A stretch of 64,000 nucleotides of DNA from Sminthopsis crassicaudata (lineage: Eukaryota): NCBI RefSeq assembly GCF_048593235.1, contig NC_133620.1, forward strand, positions 52,888,852-52,952,851, given 5' to 3'. Below the pieces are notes generated by a model that did no database searches, was not told the DNA's origin, and saw only the letters and a program-made list of their open reading frames with translations. This document shows, piece after piece, positions 48,650 through 62,209 of the stretch. The position numbers were made by a program, and so were the translations under genes. Positions within the stretch are counted from its first letter, which is position 1. Each line of letters opens with the position of its first letter.

Positions 48650-49420
48650 TACTACTCTCTGTCTGTCTCTATATGTATATGTCTCACTCTGTCTCTGAAT
48701 TGCTGTCCTTGTCTCTCTGTATGTCTCTCTATTGTTGTTTCTGTCTCTATCTTTTTCTGTCTCTGTCTCTGTCTCTATCTCTGTTTCTCTCTGCCTCTGT
48801 GTGTGTCCCCATCTATCTCTCTGTGTATCTTTTTCTCTGTCTTTTACTGTCTTTGTCTCTCTGTTATTGTCTCTGTCTCTGCCTCTCTATGGGTGATCTC
48901 TCTGTCTTTGACANNNNNNNNNNNNNNNNNNNNNNNNNNNNNNNNNNNNNNNNNNNNNNNNNNNNNNNNNNNNNNNNNNNNNNNNNNNNNNNNNNNNNNN
49001 NNNNNNNNNNNNNNNNNNNNNNNNNNNNNNNNNNNNNNNNNNNNNNNNNNNNNNNNNNNNNNNNNNNNNNNNNNNNNNNNNNNNNNNNNNNNNNNNNNNC
49101 TCTTTGCATGTCTCTTTCTGTGTCTTTTGTTTTCTCTGTCTCTTTCTCTTTCTGTCTCTGTCTCTGTCTCTCTGTGTGCCTCTTTCTGTCTCTGTCTCTC
49201 TGTCTCTGTCTATCTCTGTTTCTTTGTATAGGGTGGGATGGGAGAGAGTGGGTTGTCTACCTCTGTGTGCCTGTCTCTCCATCTTTTCTGTTTTTGTCTA
49301 TTTCTCTCTCTGTGTCTCTCTGTTGTTTTCTCTGTCTCTGCCTCTCTCTGTGTCTCTCTGTGTGTCTCTGTCTGTCTTTATCTGTCTCTGTTTCCATCTC
49401 TCTGTCTCTCTCTCTCTCAT
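48650..49420 (+). repeat. Degenerate TCTCTG/TGTC pyrimidine-rich low-complexity block spanning an assembly gap
   Basis: Repeated tctctg and tgtctc units on both sides of the N-gap at 48914-49099. Confidence 0.92.
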
Positions 49421-51141
49421 GCCCTGTGTACATGGACAAATGACAGGCAGCGAGGGAATGGACCAGATGAACTCTTGAGTTCCCTTCTAGTATTGAGGTT
49501 TGAAAAGGTGCTTGGAGATCCCTGGGTGAAAAGCACATGGGATAAAAAGTGTTATTTAAAGGGACGAACAAAGTCCCAGTGAATAGCTGTGGGATTCAAA
49601 CCCGTCACCGCTTTGTAACAACCACTTAGCTCTTATTTCTCCCCAGGGATTTATGTGCTAGAGAACAGCAGGCAGCTGTCTCCGACACTGAGGAAACCTC
49701 CCCCTGGGCGAATGAAGGTACCTTAAGCAGGCAAGATGTGGTTAAAGCAAGCTTCAGATTCTGGCTGGATCCTATATCTCCTAGGTTACAAGTGAAGATT
49801 CCCCCTCTCCTTTATAACAGAAAATTTATATTCCCCAGGGACTGTTCAAACATCTGTATGAGGAGCCAGGCCTGTGCCCACCCGAGTGTGCACACACAAA
49901 CACACGCACACAACCACCAGCAGGAATAACAGAGCTCTTCAAATAAATCCTCTTCAGATATTTAAAATTCATGGTACATTATTGCTGTCACTGAAGCTGC
50001 CCTGCTACAGATGTGCACTAGCAGTCTTGAAGCAAAGACCCAGCATTCTAATTAAAAAAGAGGAAGGCTATCTCCTCTCGGATTTCCTTTAGCTGTAACT
50101 CTATAAAAATCACTAGGTAATATCTAATTTAAAGAGAATGAGTCACTGGGGTTAGCAGCTGGGTGATGAAGATAGAGCAAACAAAGTTCTGGCCCCCCAC
50201 TGGGGGTGTCCCAGAAAATGCTATAACAGAAGCACCTATATCCGACACCACTATCATTAGCCTGCCCGCATCTAATCTCTCAGGGTAACGATGACAAAGT
50301 TATGGTTATGTATCCATCTGGATGCTCCCCCCTTCCCTCCAAAATGAGAAAGGAAAAAAAATACAAAAAACCCCCCAACCAACTCTGTTGTTTTATGGGG
50401 AAAGACTCACAAAGATGGGCTAAAAGTCATTGAAATCTGTGCTTAGCTCTTTTTTAACTCTCATTGACAAAAAATGAAAAACAGCTGTTCCAATCTCCTT
50501 GCACACAGACCGCTTAGAGCAGAGCTGCATTGCAGATGGAATTATCTGGGAAAGGGAATCTTTCATTCAAAGCTTTGTGCACTAGAGAGCACCCTTACAT
50601 GTGTGTTTCAATGCAATTTGTCACCCAAGCTCAACTGAAGAGACAGAGCCGAAGTGCATAAAAATTATTTTCTCCAGTGAATACAAACACTCTTTTTGCA
50701 GAAATGTGACTCAGACGGTATGGCCTCTTCAGTGAGACCTGCCTTCTTTCCGCAATTACAAAGTTTATAAGATTTGATGTTCGACGGTGTTAGTTTTGGA
50801 AAGCAGAGTTTCAGCTTATGTCAACTACAGCACTCCAGCTACAAAACTCAGAGTAGATCATGGCTAGATGCTTGTCAAATCATTTACAACACTTTGGACA
50901 CTGAACTTAGATGGTCCTAATAATGTTTGCAATGTTACAGTGTAATGGAAGAAGAGGGGGAGGGAAGCTTAGAACCTGTTAATAAAAATGATTAGAGAAA
51001 ATAGGAAAGTCCTCCACCATCCCAGTTAACTCCTCCACCACTGCTTAACTAAGGGTGCACCTCATGCTTTGTAACACTTGCCTTGGTTGTAATTTATTTA
51101 TGGCTCTATCTATAATAACTCATTTATACAACATGACATAT

Positions 51142-51367
51142 TTGTTTTGTCGTGAATGACTCTTTGCAACTCCATTTTGGATTTTCTTGACAAAGAATCT
51201 TGGCCATTTCATTTTCCAGTTTATTTTACAGATGAGGAATTGAGGCAAATGGAATTAAGTAACTTGGCTAGGGTCACAGAAAGTATCTGAGACCAGATTT
51301 TGAACTCAGGAAAAATGAGTCTTTCTGACTTCACAATTGGCATTCTATCTGCTGCACCATCTAGCTA
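51142..51367 (-). mobile_element. MAR1-like SINE
   Basis: attttacagatgaggaattgaggcaaa...gggtcacag...gatttgaactcagg...attctatctgctgcaccatctagc. Confidence 0.8.
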
Positions 51368-52089
51368 TATAACATACCTCATGGCTCAGTGTAAAAAGAT
51401 CTGGGTTTCAAATTAGGAGAGCAAGTTTCAAATCCTAGGGAAGTCACAGTCTCTCCAAGACATAACACCTTAGTTCTTACAATAATAATCACATTGCCTA
51501 CTTTATAAGACTGTATGAAAAAAAAACTTTTATAGATCTTAAAGCTTATATAAATGTGTGACAGCAATATTGTATAATCATTTATAATTAATTAATATGC
51601 ATAACCTAGCTGCCATGAGAAAGCACAGTATAATGAAAAGAGAATTGAGATAGAGGTCCTGATATGTCTCTTTTACTCTATTCCTATAGTCCTCCTCCTC
51701 CTCCTCCTCCCTCTCTTCTTCTTCTTCTTCCTCCTCCTAATGATAGTTCTCATTTATATTTTGCTTCAAGGCTTTAAAAATATTTTCATTATTATGAACC
51801 AGCTGGTGACATGGTAGATTGAGCACAAGGTCTAGAATAAGGAAGACCAGACTTCAGATATGCCCTCAAGATATTTCCTAGCCCACTTGCTGTAAGTCAC
51901 TTAACTTCAGTTTCCTCAACCCTAAAATAATAATAGCTAGCATTTATAGAGTGCCTACTGTGTGCCAGGCACTGGGCTAAGTGCTTTACAAATGGTATTT
52001 CATTTGATTCTCACAATAACCCTGGAAGGAAATTTTGCACAATTCTACAATTTTAATTGTAATTTATAATTTATAAACATATAAATTTT

Positions 52090-52340
52090 AGGGCAGTTAA
52101 GTGGTGCAATGAAAGATTGCTGGGTCAAATCTGGAGGACTCATCTTCCTAAGTTCAAATCTCACCACACTTACCAACTGTGATCCTGGACAAGTCACTTA
52201 ATCCTGATTGTGTCCGTTTTCTCACCTACATAAATGAGCTAGAGAAGGAAATAGCAAACCACTGCAGTATCTTTACCAAGAAAACTCAATCCAGGGTCAT
52301 AGAGAGTTGGTCATTACTGAAACAACTCAATAACAAAAAT
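52090..52340 (+). mobile_element. MAR1-like SINE
   Basis: gggcagttaagtggtgca head; gagctagagaaggaaatagcaaaccactgcagtatctttaccaagaaaac tail. Confidence 0.8.
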
Positions 52341-52803
52341 AAATTTTACAAAAATGAGAATAATAATAACAATCACCTCCCAGGGTTATTATGGAGGAAA
52401 ATGAGATAATATTTGTAAAAATTACTTAGCATAGTAACATAGTACATAGCACATAGTAGGTGCTATATAAATATTTATTCCCTTCCTCCATAACAACCCT
52501 GTGAGATAGGGAGATAGGTAGTTACAAATAATCTTACTCTCATTTTATAGACAAGGAATTAAAGCACAGAAGGGATAAAAGATTTTCTACAGAAAATGTG
52601 TCAGAATCAAAATTTGAACAGTTTTCACTGATACAGTATACTTTCTACTACATCCTACTAGCTTTACAATCCTATTTGTGAGGTATACATCTTCAGACTA
52701 ACTGTCCTCACAGTGTGCTTGTCAGGAATGGAATTTGCCAGCCTTCAAATGTCTTGTGTAAGTTATTATTAATGTTAATATTGTAATGTTAAGCTCTTTG
52801 GGT

Positions 52804-53015
52804 GATACAAATAACTGGCACACAGACATGTTGCCCATTTGATACAAATAACTGAAATATATATACATATATATATATATACATATCTATATATATCTTT
52901 GATGTAACTGGAATATGTGTATGTGCATATAGCTTATTTGATACAAATAATAACTGGAATGCATATTTATTGTATATATGTATGTATATATATATAACAT
53001 ATATATACATATGTA
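52804..53015 (+). repeat. Compound minisatellite: gatacaaata(at)actg units separated by TA-rich spacers
   Basis: gatacaaata at 52804, 52841 and 52940; related gatgtaactgg at 52901. Confidence 0.75.
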
Positions 53016-55234
53016 TAATGTCCCTTAAGATTTTCAAACAAAGGTGACTTACTTTGCAAAGACTTATCCAAGCCACATAACAATCCTATGTGAAATATAT
53101 TATGAGAATTATCTCATTTATGCAGTTCTTTAACACTTTTGTCCTAATAACCCTATAAATTGGAAATTATCAGAATCCCCATTTTATAGGTGGACTAAAC
53201 TGAGGTTCAGAGAAATTAAATTGACTTCTCTTCAATGCCACAATGAGTATCACAAGAAGAATTCAATCTTAGGTTGTCTTGGTTTGAAATTCCACTTTCT
53301 AATCACTATATCACATCATATATTACAAGCACTTAATGGTTGATTATTGACTGACTGACCGACTCTCTAAAGAGTTGCTCCTGACCTTAGGAAATTTACA
53401 GTCATTCTATCAAATAGGATGATATAGATTCCCATAGAATTGCAAAGTATTCAAAGAAAACATATATCCTTAGAATTAACTTACATAGACTTTTAAACCT
53501 TTAAAATGAGCAAAATCATATTTGCCTTTAGTATTATCAGTTTACTTACATATATATATGTACACATATATATATGTATATGTATAGTATATATGTTATA
53601 TATGTATTATGTATATGTTGTGTGATTCATACCAAATTATAGGAAGATGAAACCTTGGAGGTTAGCAAGTCTAACCTCTTACCACATGCAGAAATTGCCC
53701 CTTCTATATATCAACCTGTATTGCAGCCTGCTGCTCTCTGGGGTATCACATTCCACTGTTGGACAGCACCGGTTTTTAGAAATTGTTGAAAGAGATTCAA
53801 AGAAGTGGAATTCTAGAATCCTAGAATGGCAGAGATAGATGGAAAGGATCTTAGAGATCTTCAGCAGCATTTCTGTCTTTGCCTTCTCTGGAGCTAGCAT
53901 AGCCTGGCACATCAAAGTGTTTCATACATGTCTGTTGGACTGAGTTAGAGGTCTCTTCATTGCCCTCATTTTAGAGGTGAGAAAGTCAGGGCCTGGAGAA
54001 CTTTTTACATGTTAGTGAATAATGGGCCTGAAAACTAGTCCTATGCTTCTGTCTCTATTGCTAGTTTTCAGAAGATGGAAAGTCCCATGTTAGCTGGTGA
54101 GCCACAGCAGGCATCTTGATGGGGGATGTAGCTCTTAAGCTGGAAAAGGCCAAAAATAAACTAAAAGGAAACAGAAAGATTCAGTATTTAGGACTAAGTT
54201 TCCTTATGATTTTTTAAGTGAAGTGATAAAAATGAGCTTTTATGGCTATTAAGGACATTTCTTTCACTTATTTCATAGAAGCCTTTTACAAAAAAACAAA
54301 ACAAAACAAAACCATGTGTTTTCACTTTGGAAGTTCTAAAAACCACACATAGAAACCTATCGGGGTATAGGAGTGAGGCAAATGACTCAGGGCCAGAAGT
54401 TGTTGAAACATAGAACAAGAAGGAAATGATATATGCAACATGGAAAGGGTCTATCAAGCCTGTGGCTGAAGAATGGACTAGCCTCTCAAACCCTGAGCAT
54501 TATAACAGAGTCCCCTCTGGTTCCCCCAGTCAGTCACTACCTTCATCTATTTCAGACTTCACATAACCCTTTGGTTGTACCTTTCTAAATTGAACATAGC
54601 ACGAATTGTTTACTATCATTGTTTTTTGTGTACATGTGAGATTTGGTTACTAGACTATAAACTGCATGAAGGCAAGTGCTAATCTCCCAGCTCAGAACAA
54701 TTTACACAGCACACTGCATGCAGTGATCATTTAATAAATACCATCCTAGTTTATAACCTTATTCTTTCCTTTCCAAATTGTCCCCTAAATGAATCTCATG
54801 GGTTCAAATAAGAAGATGAATCCTAGTGCTTAGTACAGAATCTGGCAGTTAGGTGGTACCATAGAGCATACAGCATGGAGCCTAGAATCAGAAAGACCTG
54901 ATTACAAATTCAGCCTTAGACACTACAAGAGACGCGAACCTAGACAAGTCACATAATTTGTTTATTATAGTTTTCTCATCTGTAAAATGGCTACAATATA
55001 GCCTCCCAAGATTGTTCTGGGGATCAAATGAGATAATAATTATAAAGTATTTAGTGTTATGTAAATGTTAGCTATTACTATTGATAGATGTTTAATAAAG
55101 ATTCATTGAAAAAAATGAATGAAAAAGCTCCAAGAGTCTTCCCAAATATGAAATGCTATGACTTTGACATTAGGAAAGCTACCCAACTTTTTAGGATTAG
55201 TTTTCTTATTTGTAAATGTGAAGTTGGACTAGAT

Positions 55235-55345
55235 CATTTTCAAGAAGTGGTCCACAGAAACCTGGGTATCCCTGTCAGGCTTTCAGGGAGTCTGCAAGGT
55301 CAAAACTACTTACATAATAATAAAATGTTATTTTTCTTTTTAAAA
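55235..55345 (+). mobile_element. hAT-Charlie DNA transposon end fragment
   Basis: ttcaagaagtggtccacag...ctttcagggagtctgcaaggtcaaaactacttacataataat matches the recalled Charlie1 terminus. Confidence 0.6.
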
Positions 55346-55639
55346 TATTCATTCTTTTTCCAACTTAGGGGTGGCTGGGTGGCAGTAGAAAGAGCACTAG
55401 GCCTGAAGTCAGAAAGTCCTAAGTTCAAATCGATCCCTGAAGGTGTGACCCTGGAAATCACAAATTTCTATCTCAGTTTTCTTGACTGAAAAACAACAAT
55501 AATAATAGTACCTCCATTCTTGTGAGGATAAAATTATATAATATTTGTAAAGCATTTGGCACATGACTGGCACATAGTAAGTACTTAATAAATGCTTCTT
55601 TTTCTTCCCTCTTAACTCATAGAGGAATGAATCAGAAGA

Positions 55640-57800
55640 AAAGAAATGTAAGGCATATTGAAGTAATATTTTGAAAATTCTAGTAAAAAACTATCAATAT
55701 ATCCGAAAATATTCATAACAACCAAGGTGGATTTATAAGATGGCTTGATGACACAACATTAGGAAATAACATGATCATATTAAAAAGAAAAAAATCAACA
55801 TCATATGATAAAATCCATAAATATAAAAATATAGCAGTCTTTTGACTTTGGCAAAAGATAGTACTCATTTATATTAATGCTCTAAAAAGCACCGACAGAC
55901 CATTTATTAATATTTTAAATTATATATCTCAAACCAAAAGCTGGCATTATTGGTAACAGAGAAACACAAGAAACTTTCAAAGTAAAGCACTATAGATTGA
56001 AATAATCCTAGAACTGGTAATAGAAGCAACAAGACAATAAAAATGAATTGATGACATAAATATTGGGAAGAAGAGGCAAAATGATTCATATGTGCAAATG
56101 ATAGGATGTTCAGTACTTAGAAAATCTCAGAAATCCAGAAAAGAAGCTATTAAAAACAATTTATAATTTTAGCAAAGTAACAAAATTCAAAAAAAGATTC
56201 ACAAGAGTCATTAGCAATTCTATCTAGCAATAATGAAAACTAGAATGAAATGATAGAGAAGTCTCACTTAAAATAACTAGAAAGTAAATAAAATATCTGA
56301 AAGTCAGTCTACCAAGGCAAACTCAAGATTTAGATAAAAGCAATTCAAAAACATTTTACAGAAATGAAGGCTAATTCTTAAGGAGCAAATTTGTGTTTGT
56401 AATAACTGTGCATAATTCCTACATGCAAGATGTGTTTATGGGTTTGAATTATTTAGTGGTCCTCTGTTTTTTTAAAAGTCTCTAAGTAAATGTATTCATT
56501 ATTGTTGATTTTTTGTCTTTTTTCACACTGCTCTAGTAAATAGTAAATGCTTTCAGCAAAAAAAAGAAAGAAAGAAAGAAAAAGAAAAGAAAAAGAAAAA
56601 GACAGAAAGGATGAAATGAATGGGATATTTATTGATCATTTGGGACCATGCCACTATAATAAAAATGAAAATGATTTAGTACTATATGATTCAGACACCA
56701 AGAGGTTACTACTTAGAAATAGACAGATTAAATTATTTAAAAATCCATTTCATGGAACACAAAGTCAAGAATCACCTTTTTCAAAAAAACATTGGGAAAA
56801 GATGGAGTGAATTGCACTTAAAATCTCAAACTAAATTAGAAAGGTATAATCACCACAACTACTGATAGCAGTTAAAACAGAAAAGTGGACCAATGGAACA
56901 TACTAGATAATCAAGATAATGAATAATTAAATTTCATATCCATGTAATTGATGAATTCAAAAATGAAACCTACATGGTTAAGAATTCCTTTATCAATAAA
57001 AACTTCTTGAAAAACAGGATATTCATTTGTCAGTAAATATTTAGACCATCATCTTCCAGCATGTATTACATTTGTTTCCAAATAGAGAATCAACCTAAGT
57101 ATAAAAGATCTCATCATAAAGAAAAAAATAAGGACAATTAAAAGGGATATTTGTGAAAGAGATACAAATCTGATTAGAATGAGAATTTATTTCTAAACAA
57201 AGGATGCAGGGATTCCAAAAGGTAGAATAGCCCATTTAAAACAAAACAAAACAAAACAAAAAAACAAAAACAAACAAACAAACAAACAAAAAAAAAACCC
57301 ATGGAATTGAAAAGCTTTTGCACTATCAAAATCAAAGCAATTTGCCTAAGAAGGGAAACGGACTAAAGGGAGGTATGGTGGGGAACAGGACTGTGCATCA
57401 AATATCTTTTATTAAAGTCTGATATCCAAAATACAGCAGCACTTAGACATATATAAAACCAATAGAAAACTAGTAAAGGGATATAAATTAGGTAAAAACA
57501 TGCCTCAAAGGAGCAGCTAGGTGGCACAGTGGATAGAGCACCAGCCTTGAATTCAGGAGGACCCGAGTTCAAATGTGGCCTCAGACACTTAACACTTCCT
57601 AGCTGTGTGACTCTGGGCAAGTCACTTAACCCCAGCCTCAGGAAAAAGAAAAGAAAAAACAAACCATGCCTCAAACAATTAAAAGCCTTATACTAAGTGT
57701 AAATAGATTTTAAAAGTATTTGAAAATTATTGGAGAATTATTGGAGAAGTGAAATGACAAGACAGGGAATCTATTCTGTTAGGGAAACTTGGCTATCATC
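55640..57800 (+). mobile_element. Old, degraded L1 ORF2 (RT and C-terminal region)
   Basis: ccaaggtggatttata...aacattaggaaa; tgt gca aat gat agg atg (CANDRM, resembling FADDM) at 56091-56108; aaatatctgaaagtcagtctaccaaggcaaactcaaga; many stops and indels. Confidence 0.75.
57510..57664 (+). mobile_element. WSINE1-like SINE with exact 11-bp TSD, inserted into L1
   Basis: A-box TGGCACAGTGG (57522-57532); core; A-rich tail; catgcctcaaa at 57499-57509 and 57665-57675. Confidence 0.9.
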
Positions 57801-59594
57801 TCTGAGAGATGATTTTAAATTATTAAATAAGTTAAGAATTATCCAGGAAAAAAATTCAGAAATTTGGGAAGATGGATTTTTAGCAAACTTCTGAGGAACA
57901 GTGGCAAGACTGAACTATAAAAGAAGGGAGCTATTAAAAAGGGACACTTGTTCTACAAGCACCTCAGAGCAGAAAACTCAAGGTAAGTGAAATCCTCCAA
58001 AAGGGATAACTTATTCCTCACCTTCTTCTCTAGATGTTCATCTATTGTCAAAAACTATAAAAGAAATTTATTTTGTTACCCCAATTTTTCCAGTAAATTA
58101 AATTTTGCCTTATTTACAAAGAGGCCAGAGATTAGCTAGAAATAAGGAGAAGTTGATGGTCCCAGTTTTTCAAGGAGGCCCCCAGAAAAAGTGAAATGGT
58201 TCATCCTAAATCAGTACTCTTCTCCTGTCATTACTATTTCAGTACATGAGATGAGTTCTCCTGATACTTCCTAACCAGGGACTCAGAGCAATTGTTAATG
58301 AACTCATCTATATTTAAATTTTACAGAGCTGAAGAGGAAAAAACTGCTTGAACCTGACTTAAATGGTCTAATTATTGTAACAACATAGTATAACTGTGTA
58401 GCAATAACTGTAATAATGTCAAGAATAAAAAACACACAATAAAATTAAGCCAAACATTGTGTGATTATAATGACTGAATTTGGCCAATAGAAAAAATAGA
58501 CATGTACCTCCCTCTGTTTTGTTGGAGAAATGAGGGCTAAACGGTGTAGTATTGGGTCAAAAATCTTAAATGTATTGCCTGGTGTTGCTTAGTTATAAAG
58601 GAAGACTTATTTGGTAAATCTGGTAAAGATACTAAAGGTACAAATAGGTACCAAATAGGTACCAAAAAAAGATACCAAAAAATTTGGTAAAAATCTAGAA
58701 ATTACTATTAAGAAAAAAATAAATAAAAATTCAAAACAGTTTAATGGTACACGGTGGAATGATTATGGCAGAGAAAATAACTTTCTACCCGCACAAAAAA
58801 AATTTTTAAAAGAAAGAAATAGGGAAAGTGGTCATGTCCCTGAGTCAGTGATCAAGTAAATCCCTGTGGAGCCAAGTCACTACTTCCTGGCTCAAGAGAA
58901 TACTTACTCTCCCACAAAGAAGCAGGCAGGCTGGGGGCCCAGACAAACATGAAACCCAGGTCGCTGTTATAAGCAAACCAAACAAATCGGCCTGCTATCA
59001 GTGCATCCAATTCTAGTATGCAGTTCCTATACAATCAGAGGAAAGGATATTGTACATTTACTGCTCTTCCTTTCTAAATATTTGTTTGGTTGGTAAAGAG
59101 TTTACAAGAGCAGCTATTACATATCACTTTAGAAGTTTCTCTCTAGAAATACATGTATTGCTCTAAATGTAATTTTTTTTTCCAAACAGAAGTTTGTTGA
59201 CTTAATTTGTTAGTTGATTGCCTTACAATTTATTCAACAAATAAATAAGTCCTAAATACTGTGTAGGATGTAATAGGTCCTTACTCTTTAGGAGCTTACA
59301 ATTTATTGAATTATCTGAAAAGCAAGAGGAGGAGGGGAAAAAAAGGAGAGGGAAAAGGAGAAGTAAATATGGATAGGAAATGAAGATGAGTTTTTCTGAT
59401 TCGAAAATGCTTTTCAGACACACAGGGTCATTAGGAACTAATCACCTTGATTCTTTTTCTATTTGTCCTCAATCCCCACTATTTTATATCTAATTTCCAG
59501 ATAAGCCCTAAATTGTCTTATATCTAGTATTTCTAAACAGGACCTTTGTGGAAATGTTAGTGCTGGATACCTTACCCAACAATTACCCAATGTG

Positions 59595-59790
59595 GTTGAG
59601 GGATCAAGACCTGTAATTTCAACAATGTGAGGAATTCTCAGTAAAAAGATTCTCCACTGATGGATAACTACTACTTGTCAAAAACCTATTGTCTTGAAGA
59701 GTTTTACTGACTCTTAACCATGTTCACACAACAAAAATATTTCAGAAAAGGGGTCTTAAAACTCAGATCTTCCTGATTCCAAGGTCAGTC
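59595..59790 (-). mobile_element. WALLSI4-like SINE remnant
   Basis: gacctgtaatttcaacaatgtgaggaattctcagtaaaaagattctcc...gtcttgaagagttt...cagatcttcctgattccaagg. Confidence 0.45.
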
Positions 59791-62209
59791 TACTATCATG
59801 AGTCATTTGGCTAGGTAGGTCAAAGGTCATTGCATTATGTGAGGGTTGTGATCCACAGTTTGGATAAACAAAGGTAAATAGTACTGAATGAATAAAGATG
59901 GGTATAAAAGGGAGGTCCAGAATGTGCTCTCTATTTCTAGAATACAGCGCTTGCTTCAAGCCACTGGTGTTATGGAACAATGTTTGACTGCCCAGAAACA
60001 TCCCTAATAGTTCATTGAGTTGAGGACTGTGCTTTTGTAGACAACCTTTCGTGACGTAGGGGGGAGGATGCAAAAGGAAACAAAGCTGGCTGGAACTCTG
60101 GTATGCATCTACACAAGACTAAATCTCCCATGCAATGAAACACCTTAAAGGCCACAAAGAATGTCAGTTTCCACATGATCTCAGTTTCCTCATCTCACTT
60201 ACTGAACTCTCATCTCCAGAAATTTAATATTTCTTTTGAGCTCTGATTTCCAGTAGACAATTTTGTCATCATTCTTATGCTGATGTCTTTATTGAAGAAA
60301 TCAAAAGTTACCTTAAAGGTTTTTTCAGGATATGTTACCACCATTATCTTCAGCCTTCCTTTTGTGTGGCCTTGGTTTCCTTTTTTTATGGCTCATTTCT
60401 CTCCTCTCATTTCCTCTGCTCCATAAGCTAAGCATTCATTTCCCTCTCTTCTCTTTATTTCAAATCAGTCTCAATTTAAAAAAAAACAAATATTTTCTCA
60501 TATTTTAGTATGAATTAAAATCAGTGATTAATAAGCCAATATATTAAGGACCCATGTTTTGACTTGTGGAAACTTCTTGTGCCAGTTCCTTTCACCAAGG
60601 CAGTCCTGAACCTATCGTTTAGATAGTATAGATTCAGAGTTGCTTGAAGCTCAGAAGGGTTAAGTAATTTACCTCTGATCACATAGTTAATTAGTATCGG
60701 AGGTGGAATTTGAAACCAAATCATTTACTCTAAAACCCACATTCTATCAACTACCATACTTTTGGTTCTTCTCTAGATATACATTTTAGGCTTGAATTTG
60801 ATACCTGAGACTTAATCTTTAAAAAAAACCACTGAGACTCCTGAATAGGTGCGAAGAGACCTTTATTGGGGTCTTTAAAATCATACTGTGTAGATAAGCT
60901 ATATCTAAAGTTGACTATGGATGTGTAATTGCACAGGAACCAACCAAAGAATGGGAAATAAGATCTTCTGATAATTTTTGGCATATTCACTAGCCAGTAG
61001 GCCATGCTCTCTCACACAGAAAGCCTTTAATACCTCAGGATGGAAGGTATTCTCTGTCTGAAAGATATCATTATTGAATAAAAGGGGAAAAAACAGAAAA
61101 AGGGCATCAAAGCCTAAACAAATAACATCAGCATGAAATCTTTAATGAATGTCTCATCCAACGCGATCCAGCGAAATCCAAAAGGTTTTAGCAAAAGATG
61201 CCTTAAACCCAGTTTATACTGCAAATCAGCCATGAAGAAAAGTCAACACCAAGTTAATCCCCATTTAATAATTCAGTTTCAGGATGTTAAAACATATTTC
61301 TTTCTTGGAGCCTCTGCATAAGTGGCTGCTAACAGGGCAACAGAGAAAAAGTTCCAGAAGTCCCAAGAAAAAATATTATCGTCACCATTATTAGCAACAA
61401 TAATAATGAAGTGACTTACTAGAGTTCTTTTCAATATTTGATATTGTGTTTCCCTCTTCAACTATTAAGATAAATCATAGTAAAGCAGCAGATTGAGTTG
61501 AGGTCAAAGGATCTAGATCTTGCTATAGACTCTATTATTGAACTCCTCACTGACCCTGGACAAATAGCAGCATAGTATAGTAGAAAGAGCAGTGAATCTA
61601 AAGTCAAAATACCTGGTTCAAATCCTACTCCTGATGATCAAATCCTGATGCTTATTGCCTGTGTGACATTGCCCAAGTCCTTTAACTTTAGTAGGCCTCA
61701 GCTTTATCATTTGTGAAATGAAAAGATTGGAATGGATGGACTCTGGGGTCCAAATAAATTCCAGATCTTGGATGCTATGAAAACTACTATGTTTCTCTAG
61801 GGATCTCAGTTTCCTTGCTGCTAATAAAAAGGAAACCGAACAAAATTATTTCTTCCAGTTATACATCCTTTGGTTCCTATATTTCCTGTGGTTTCCCAAT
61901 GCCTTCTTCTACCTTAACCATTCCATTTCCAAGAATCTTTTTTTTTTTTCTTCCTGAAGTTTTCCCTACAAAACTCTCCCTCTGACTTCCTACATTCCTA
62001 CCATCCTGAATCTGGTTTGGGGTTTGGGACCTGACCTAGGATGGCTTTAAAAAGTCAGAATCAAAAAAAAATTTAGAATGTCAGCATCCCATCTATACAA
62101 AAGTAAAAAAAAAACCTGGTTGATTTGGAGACGAGTCAAAAGAGAAGATGTATAGGATTCATTATAGATTATTAATAAATAAGTGTACAGATAATGATGA
62201 TAATGATGA

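Noticed and set aside
48617-49582. ORFs of 104-256 aa
   Set aside because: Same artefact over the TCTCTG block and gap; no domain or codon structure.
3548-52230. Recursive splice sites (YAG|GT) on the LMX1A strand near 3555, 14526, 17185, 29720 and 52226
   Set aside because: All have weak or short polypyrimidine tracts or lie in SINEs; a saw-tooth total RNA-seq pattern would be needed to support them.
39593-53917. Three optimal TCF 9-mers (39593, 52897, 53909) as a Wnt-response cluster
   Set aside because: They are kilobases apart; about one is expected by chance at this base composition and two sit in or near repeats.
55640-57800. Active L1 or functional reverse transcriptase
   Set aside because: No open frame, a degenerate catalytic motif (CANDRM) and interruption by a SINE.
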